Shown piece after piece: positions 54,109-59,808 of a stretch of DNA of 59,808 bases; the stretch's first letter is position 1; each line of letters starts with the position of its first letter. Where the stretch lies: positions 1 to 59,808 of the IMG/VR virus record IMGVR_UViG_3300044638_005822; one strand, given 5' to 3'. The stretch is from a virus (taxonomy: Duplodnaviria; Caudoviricetes). The translations under genes and the position numbers were made by a program. The notes below the pieces were generated by a model. The model was not told the DNA's origin, ran no database searches, and saw only the letters and a list, made by a program, of their open reading frames with translations.

Positions 54109-54639
54109 TCATTTCGTGGCCCTCCATGATTGATTTGTGAGCGCGCGGGAGATTGTAGAGTTGTGGACTCCGAACATCCAGCCAAGCTCGATTGTGGTGT
54201 ATTTCCCGGTGGCGTAAAGTTCTCGAATATCGCGAGATGATTCGATGGTCAGCTTTGCCATTCCGTCCTTGCGCATTCTTCCCTTAGTCTCGCAGTCGCG
54301 TATATTGTCTTGCTGTGTTCCGAGAAACAGGTGGGCAGGATTAACACATTGCGGATTGTCGCACTTGTGACAGACACACATACTCTCGATGTTATTTCCG
54401 AGTAGCAACATGGCTATTCGATGAGCGCGCAGGGTTGTTCGGTTCTGGTAAAATAAACCGTAGCCTCCGGTGTGAAGCGATGCCGTCCAGTTCCAGCATT
54501 CATCGGGCGCTCCTTTTTTTACGCGGCTCCAAAACTTTCTTTGGTCTGCCTCCGAGAAGTCCGTTGCGCTGAGATGCTTTCTTTTTCCGCGCGGAAGTTT
54601 TTCCGAGCGCGAGCTTTCCGAGTGCTGATGCGTGTTCAT
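54109..54639 (-). CDS. HNH_3-type homing endonuclease
   Basis: FWSRV...ECWNW...GYG...AHR...VCHKCDNPQCVNPAHLFLGTQQDNIRD. Confidence 0.9.
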   Translation of the reverse strand: MNTHQHSESSRSEKLPRGKRKHLSATDFSEADQRKFWSRVKKGAPDECWNWTASLHTGGYGLFYQNRTTLRAHRIAMLLLGNNIESMCVCHKCDNPQCVNPAHLFLGTQQDNIRDCETKGRMRKDGMAKLTIESSRDIRELYATGKYTTIELGWMFGVHNSTISRALTNQSWRATK

Positions 54640-54654
54640 TCATGGAGTAAAAAC

Positions 54655-54957
54655 CTAAACGGTTTGGTTGTCAACGTCAATTCGGTCTTTTTGCCATTGG
54701 TCGAAGATGGCGGTGAGTCGCGCGGCGCAATCTTCCAACGCTTCCCGGTAGCGTTCTGCGCGGCCATACGACTCAGCGCACAAGGCGTCATCTTGCGCGG
54801 CTGAAATCCATCCTTCGGCGTCCAGCAGCCCCTCAATCGCCGTCTTGAGGCAGCGCAGTGCGCGAGACTCGTCAGGCCAGTTGCCAGAGATTGCTGCGAT
54901 TCTAGCGTCAATCTGTTGCAGCACGATGGCTGTGCGGGCGGTGGTAGGCGTGCTCAT
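54655..54957 (-). CDS. Hypothetical protein
   Basis: ATGA-coupled to upstream gene (MSTPTTARTAIV). Confidence 0.5.
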   Translation of the reverse strand: MSTPTTARTAIVLQQIDARIAAISGNWPDESRALRCLKTAIEGLLDAEGWISAAQDDALCAESYGRAERYREALEDCAARLTAIFDQWQKDRIDVDNQTV

Positions 54958-55301
54958 TGTGCGGGTGTGGCGAGGGCTGCGCGTGCTGCCATCCAGTGCG
55001 GCTCGGTCTCGGCCTCGTCGGCGCTGAATCCATCCATTAGCCGCACCTCCATTTCCGCGATGAGCATCCCTTCCATCGCTGCGCGCAGGCGCGCAACGTC
55101 GGCGCGTGCCTCGTCCCGCTCGGTGGTCGTGAGGTGCAGCGCGAGCAGACTGTCGTTGTTGCGCGCGATGTGCTCGTCCCGCTCGGCGCGGGCTGCGTCG
55201 CGCTCGCGCTCTAGACGTTCGCAGAAGGCCACGATTTGCGCGTCCTCCGGCACGTTGTCCGTGAAGATTGCGTCTGTTTCGGGTGTGGGTTGGTCGGTCA
55301 T
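54954..55301 (-). CDS. Coiled-coil hypothetical protein
   Basis: PTPETDA...FCERLERERD motif common in phage proteins. Confidence 0.65.
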   Translation of the reverse strand: MTDQPTPETDAIFTDNVPEDAQIVAFCERLERERDAARAERDEHIARNNDSLLALHLTTTERDEARADVARLRAAMEGMLIAEMEVRLMDGFSADEAETEPHWMAARAALATPAQ

Positions 55302-56587
55302 TTGTGTTTTCGGTTTTGTTTGCTGCTGAAAGATTTCCCGCTGGCCTGCTCCGGCTCATGCGCGAGCGGGTGCCACTCGAATGTTTCGCCGTTGAACGCG
55401 ACGGGCACCGCCACGCCAGTCTTGCCCTGCCGCTGTCGCAGCCGTAGCAGCCGCGCGCCGGGTTCATCCTCACACATCTCGATGGTGACTTGCACGGTGG
55501 CATCCATGCCGATGGCGCGGCACTCGCGAAGCTCCCCATCATCGTTCAGTTGCGCTAGTGCTATCACCGCAAGCCCTTCATCCTTTGCCATGCGGCGAAG
55601 TGCCTTTGAAACGATGGCGATTTCCTGCTCACGCCGGTCTGCGCTTCCCGCGCCCTCAGTCAGTTGCAGGTAGTCCACGACGACAACGGCGAGGTCGGGC
55701 TGGACGGCCTTCACCTGCCGCACGTAGGAGCGGATGCCCGCGAGGTCATACACGTCATCCCTGAAAAATATCGGCGCGAGCGCGAGGTTGTTTACGGCGG
55801 CTGTCAGCTTGGGGAAATCCATCTCCTGCATCGTGCCGTCGCGCATCCGGCTTGCGCTCACCTTGCCCTCGGTGGCGAGCATTGCCTCCACCGTGTCTTC
55901 GCTGCTCATTTCCAAGCCAAATACGAGCACGGGCTTCGCTTGGTCGAGCGCCACGGCGCGGACGATGTAACGCACAAGAGCCGATTTGCCGCCCTTTGTC
56001 GGGCCTGCGATTACCCAGTAACCGCCCTTGCGAATTCCCCCGGTTTCCTCGTCGAGTCGCGCAATTCCCGTGGATAAACCGGCCATTTTCGAGCCATCGG
56101 TGCGGCTGTTGAGGTTTCCAAGCACAGTCATGACGATTTCCCGCGTGGTTTGGATGCGCGCCTTGTCCCGCCCTGCCGCGATGCTGGAAATCTCAGCTTC
56201 GATGGCGGCGAGCACGGTGCCAGTCGGTTCCGTGGTCAGTTGCTTGTAGGCTGCTTTGAGCGCGAGGGCTAGTCGGCGCTTGGCGTGGCCCTCCTTCACG
56301 ATCTCCGCGTAATGCGGGAGCGTGACGGGTTGCGCGGCTCCTTCGATGGCCGTTTGCAGCGTCGCAGCGCCCCCTACGGCATCCAAGCGGTCGCCGAGGG
56401 CAGTAGCGATGCCCACGAAGCCTCCCGGAGCCTTGGCGAGCCATGCCGTCGCGATAGCGGTGAAGATGGTCGAGGGGATTTCATGACTGAACGTGTCGGC
56501 CCTGATTCCGGCTTCCGTCAAGAACGGGAGCGATTCGTCCGGCCACTGCAACGCGCAGCCGAGGATTGCGGTTTCTTCGAGTGTCAC
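55298..56587 (-). CDS. dnaB: Replicative DNA helicase
   Basis: STGIARLDE..GG, AGPTKGGKS, GLEMS, VVVDYLQL, ALAQLN. Confidence 0.95.
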   Translation of the reverse strand: MTLEETAILGCALQWPDESLPFLTEAGIRADTFSHEIPSTIFTAIATAWLAKAPGGFVGIATALGDRLDAVGGAATLQTAIEGAAQPVTLPHYAEIVKEGHAKRRLALALKAAYKQLTTEPTGTVLAAIEAEISSIAAGRDKARIQTTREIVMTVLGNLNSRTDGSKMAGLSTGIARLDEETGGIRKGGYWVIAGPTKGGKSALVRYIVRAVALDQAKPVLVFGLEMSSEDTVEAMLATEGKVSASRMRDGTMQEMDFPKLTAAVNNLALAPIFFRDDVYDLAGIRSYVRQVKAVQPDLAVVVVDYLQLTEGAGSADRREQEIAIVSKALRRMAKDEGLAVIALAQLNDDGELRECRAIGMDATVQVTIEMCEDEPGARLLRLRQRQGKTGVAVPVAFNGETFEWHPLAHEPEQASGKSFSSKQNRKHK

Positions 56588-57282
56588 GGCGTCACGATTT
56601 CGGAAAATTCAGAGAGGCGGCGAACGAGGGCCGGGCCGCGATCCGCTCCCATGCGTTTGATGAGCCATGCGGATGAGCCGTTGGAAGTCCAGAGAATCGG
56701 CCTGTTGTGTGAAGTGCGGATTTCGACAAGCTCCTCCAGTTCCGCGTCCACCCGCTCAGTCGTCGGCGGCTTGCCGAGGTCGTCGAGTAGCAGCACCTCG
56801 CATTGCTGGAATGTGGTCAGTTTTTTGCGGGCGGTCTGGCGTTCTTCATCGGTGCCGGAAAATGCCGAAATCACCACACATGCAAATGCGTTGTGCGTCA
56901 CGGCTGCGCACGATTGGTTGTCATCGAATGCCCGTTTCAGCGCGATGAAGGCGGCGCGTGTTTTCCCGGCCCCTGTGCTTCCGATGAATCCAAGTCCTTC
57001 CGCGTGCTCTATGCTCCATTCCATCGCGGCCTTGAGGCATTTCGGGTTGATCCGCGCGGGATCGGTTTCCTGATAAATCGGCGGACAGATTCGATCCCAT
57101 TGCGCCTTGCGATATTGCGCGTTTCGATCCTCCTGTTGCTTCTTCTCTGCGGCTTCGCTTTCGGCGAGTTTGATCGCCGTGCAGGAAGGGCAATGGCGGG
57201 CGGGCGGGAACCACGGCGACGGCTTGGTTTCAAATTCGCACGAACAAGTCGCGCACGTTGTTTGTGTAGGTTCACCATCCAT
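56584..57282 (-). CDS. DnaC/IstB-like AAA+ helicase loader
   Basis: N-terminal CxxC pairs, GSTGAGKT, LLLDDLGK, ILWTSN. Confidence 0.88.
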   Translation of the reverse strand: MDGEPTQTTCATCSCEFETKPSPWFPPARHCPSCTAIKLAESEAAEKKQQEDRNAQYRKAQWDRICPPIYQETDPARINPKCLKAAMEWSIEHAEGLGFIGSTGAGKTRAAFIALKRAFDDNQSCAAVTHNAFACVVISAFSGTDEERQTARKKLTTFQQCEVLLLDDLGKPPTTERVDAELEELVEIRTSHNRPILWTSNGSSAWLIKRMGADRGPALVRRLSEFSEIVTP

Positions 57283-58120
57283 GTTTTTCGGTAGTTGAGG
57301 TTGTTACTGCGGTTTCTGAAAACCATTTGTTGGCCTTGTCCACTTCGCCCCGGAAGTGACGAACGAAGGTGAGCATCGAAGTCCGAAGGTAGGCATCGGG
57401 CTTTCCTTTCGCGTCCGTGTAAAATCGTTCCACAAGAGCGATGTCGTCCGGTGCCACGGTGCCGAGCTTGCGATATGCGGCGCATTCGTCCTCGCTCCAT
57501 TCCGTCGTGAGGCGTCGGCCCATGATGGCTGCGAAGCGTTTGCTTTGGTCGGATAGCGGCAACCTTGCCGAGTTCTTTCCTTCAACAACTCCCTTTGGCT
57601 TCGCAGAAGCCGTGGGAGGTTCTTCTGGTTGGAATGCTTCTTCTTTTGCTTCTGATTCTCCATCTGCTTCTCCCTCTCCCTCTGCATGTGTTACATCGCT
57701 TAACGCGGTTTTACAGACATTTACAGCGGTTACATCCTTGTCTTTCAGCAACTTGCGACGACGTTGCATATATTCGCGCATGTAAGCCTTCTTTTCCTCG
57801 GCGGTTTTGATCGAGCGATACGTGGCGTAATTTACAAGCAAATACCCTCGCCCGCTTTCGCTTGGCATGATTCTCCGGCCTTCATTCACTTGCGAATTGG
57901 AGTCAGGATCGGGTGCCATGAGCGCGACGATGCACCGCTTGAACGTGTCGAGCGGCAGATTGACTGTGCGGGCCAGCGCAACATCGGTGCCGATCACGTC
58001 CCCGCCTGAGTCCGCGATTGCGAGCAGCATCATAAAGCAGTAGCGGGTTTCGATGTCCTCCTCCATAAGCGAGGATTGCGCGATACGGGAGAATAGTTTG
58101 GCGTACATGGATGGAAGCAT
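57272..58120 (-). CDS. Phage replication initiator protein
   Basis: YAKLFSRI..SSL, LLVNYATYR, REYMQRRR, acidic linker; upstream of loader and helicase. Confidence 0.75.
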   Translation of the reverse strand: MLPSMYAKLFSRIAQSSLMEEDIETRYCFMMLLAIADSGGDVIGTDVALARTVNLPLDTFKRCIVALMAPDPDSNSQVNEGRRIMPSESGRGYLLVNYATYRSIKTAEEKKAYMREYMQRRRKLLKDKDVTAVNVCKTALSDVTHAEGEGEADGESEAKEEAFQPEEPPTASAKPKGVVEGKNSARLPLSDQSKRFAAIMGRRLTTEWSEDECAAYRKLGTVAPDDIALVERFYTDAKGKPDAYLRTSMLTFVRHFRGEVDKANKWFSETAVTTSTTEKHGW

Positions 58121-58267
58121 AAAGCTGTAAAGCTAACTGTAAAGCGGTTTTTTACGAAATGTTTTACACCGCGCCCATTGCAAGCGCAATCTCGCGCGTG
58201 GTCATTTCCGGTTCATTTCCGCGCGCGTCTCTTATGCGCGAGCGAAAAGGGGCGTTTCGTTTCCGGG

Positions 58268-58996
58268 TCATAGCAGCGGTTGCTGTGATGCGCTGGCGGG
58301 TTGCGCGGCGAAGTTGAACGTGCCAGCCTCCAATTCGCGGCGGATGCGTTGCTCGGCGGTCGCGAAGTGAACCGGGTCGCGCTCGATGCCGATGAATTTC
58401 CGGCCCGTGCGTATGCAGGCGATGGCCGTGCTACCGCTCCCCATATAGGGGTCGAGCACCGTTGCGCCTTGCGGGATTTTCGCTTCATCCATGCACCACG
58501 CCATGAGCGCGACGGGCTTTTGCGTGGGGTGGTGGTGTTCCGAGTTTTCGCTGGCCCGAGAGAATCCCTGCCAGACGTGATGGAACATCCGCACAGCCCC
58601 GACACGCGAGCACCATGCCGCCTCTGCCTGCGACATAAACGCCTTCCCGTCGTAGGTGCGTTTATCCCACACAAACAGGCTCCCGGCTGGCAGCGCATCC
58701 ATAAAGTAGTTGCAGCCCCACAGCACAGCGGTTCCGTATGCAAGCCACCGTGACGGGTCGAACGGCTTGTCATCCCCGCCAACGGCATCGTGCTTCTTAC
58801 GCACAAGGTTCTTCGCATACTTCGCCGATGAGTTTTTAAGTCCGAATTGGTAGTTTGTGTTCCACTTTATCCCGTAGGGCGGATCACTTACGATCACGTC
58901 TGCCTCGATGCGCTCCATTTGCTCCGAGTCCCCAAGAATTAAAGTCACGCCTTCGCCTATGCGAACAACTTTGCCAGCTATCAGTTCGTCACTCAT
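58268..58996 (-). CDS. DNA methyltransferase (N4-C/N6-A, beta class)
   Basis: SDPPYG, HPTQKP, VLDPYMGSGST, FIGIE. Confidence 0.92.
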   Translation of the reverse strand: MSDELIAGKVVRIGEGVTLILGDSEQMERIEADVIVSDPPYGIKWNTNYQFGLKNSSAKYAKNLVRKKHDAVGGDDKPFDPSRWLAYGTAVLWGCNYFMDALPAGSLFVWDKRTYDGKAFMSQAEAAWCSRVGAVRMFHHVWQGFSRASENSEHHHPTQKPVALMAWCMDEAKIPQGATVLDPYMGSGSTAIACIRTGRKFIGIERDPVHFATAEQRIRRELEAGTFNFAAQPASASQQPLL

Positions 58997-59069
58997 TCCT
59001 GCAAGATAGCCCGCACGCGGGCGATGAGTTGCTCCTTGGTCTCGCTGTCCGTGTCGGTCAGTTCGAGTT

Positions 59070-59357
59070 TCATGGCTTTGATTTGCGTTTGGGTTCGTCG
59101 GCTGGCCACGGTATTCCGTTGCGCTCGGCGAGTAGCTTGCACGCGCTGAGTTCGTCCGCGCCCTCGGTTACTTTGTCACGAGCTTCCAGCGCGGCCATGG
59201 AATACTCATGGGCAAGCTCAGTGAATGCCCGGCGCGTGCCGTCCTTCATCGTGATTGTCGCGAAGAAAGCCATCCACGGGTAGCGATGCCCCGCGCCTGC
59301 CACGCGATGCGTGGCGACGCCGTGCGTGCGCTTAAACGTAGCGAGGGCCGTGTTCAT
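59070..59357 (-). CDS. Hypothetical protein
   Basis: ATGA-coupled tandem ORF. Confidence 0.55.
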   Translation of the reverse strand: MNTALATFKRTHGVATHRVAGAGHRYPWMAFFATITMKDGTRRAFTELAHEYSMAALEARDKVTEGADELSACKLLAERNGIPWPADEPKRKSKP

Positions 59358-59725
59358 TGCATGATGATGCTCTCGGCGTGATCCAGCCGCTCCATTGCGG
59401 CGGCGAGGTCTGCGACGAGCCGCGCGTTGACGGTGCGCAGGTCGCTGTTGACGCTATCCGTCTCGGCTGCGTCGGCTTCGGCGGCGCGCAGGCTTTGGCG
59501 TGCGTTGTCGAGTTCCGCTTTGAGCTTGTCACGCACTTCATCCGCTTTGGTGACTGCCACGCTCGCCCAGTGCAGCGCGCTGGCGTATTTTTCCTGCTGA
59601 TTAAAGAGCCTGTCGCGCTCGGCTGCGACGCTGCGAAGCTCGCCCATTGCTAGCGCGAGGTCGCGGGTTTGGTCTTCGACAAGGCCGCGCAGGGTTGCGA
59701 ATAGTTCGTCAATTTTTGTTCTCAT
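59354..59725 (-). CDS. Coiled-coil hypothetical protein
   Basis: 123 aa heptad-rich ORF. Confidence 0.6.
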   Translation of the reverse strand: MRTKIDELFATLRGLVEDQTRDLALAMGELRSVAAERDRLFNQQEKYASALHWASVAVTKADEVRDKLKAELDNARQSLRAAEADAAETDSVNSDLRTVNARLVADLAAAMERLDHAESIIMQ

Positions 59726-59808
59726 TGGTTCAGTGTGTGAAAGTGTTTTCCCCGGCTTGCGTAAGTGCAGCCCGCGCGATTCTCCGTCATCGGTTTAATC
59801 TCCATGAT

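Noticed and set aside
1-59808. tRNA genes, integrase/att sites, stop-codon reassignment
   Set aside because: None recognised by eye; long genes are intact under the standard code with all three stop codons used

Overview
The whole window reads as a tailed dsDNA bacteriophage (or prophage) genome segment of podovirus-like architecture; no rRNA, tRNA, integrase or classical CRISPR array was seen. Left arm (minus strand): lysis genes, a glycosidase-bearing tail fibre, major capsid, scaffold, portal and large terminase. Divergent from it is a putative small terminase followed by a cluster of about five glycosyltransferases and a methyltransferase. Then come a 3538-aa polyvalent/ejection protein and other virion genes, a repeat-rich non-coding stretch, an XRE-controlled early region (ArdC-like gene, repeated leaders, a hammerhead ribozyme) and a replication module (initiator, DnaC-like loader, DnaB, DNA methyltransferase). 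The standout is 35097-36491: a lone Cas7/RAMP-like gene flanked by four non-coding units made of strictly 5-nt-periodic GGY-NN repeats, each ending in a hairpin (conserved and covarying in three of them). This looks like a compact RNA-guided system in which the variable dinucleotides carry the targeting code (VIPR-like). All protein calls rest on motif recognition and gene order only; no searches were run.
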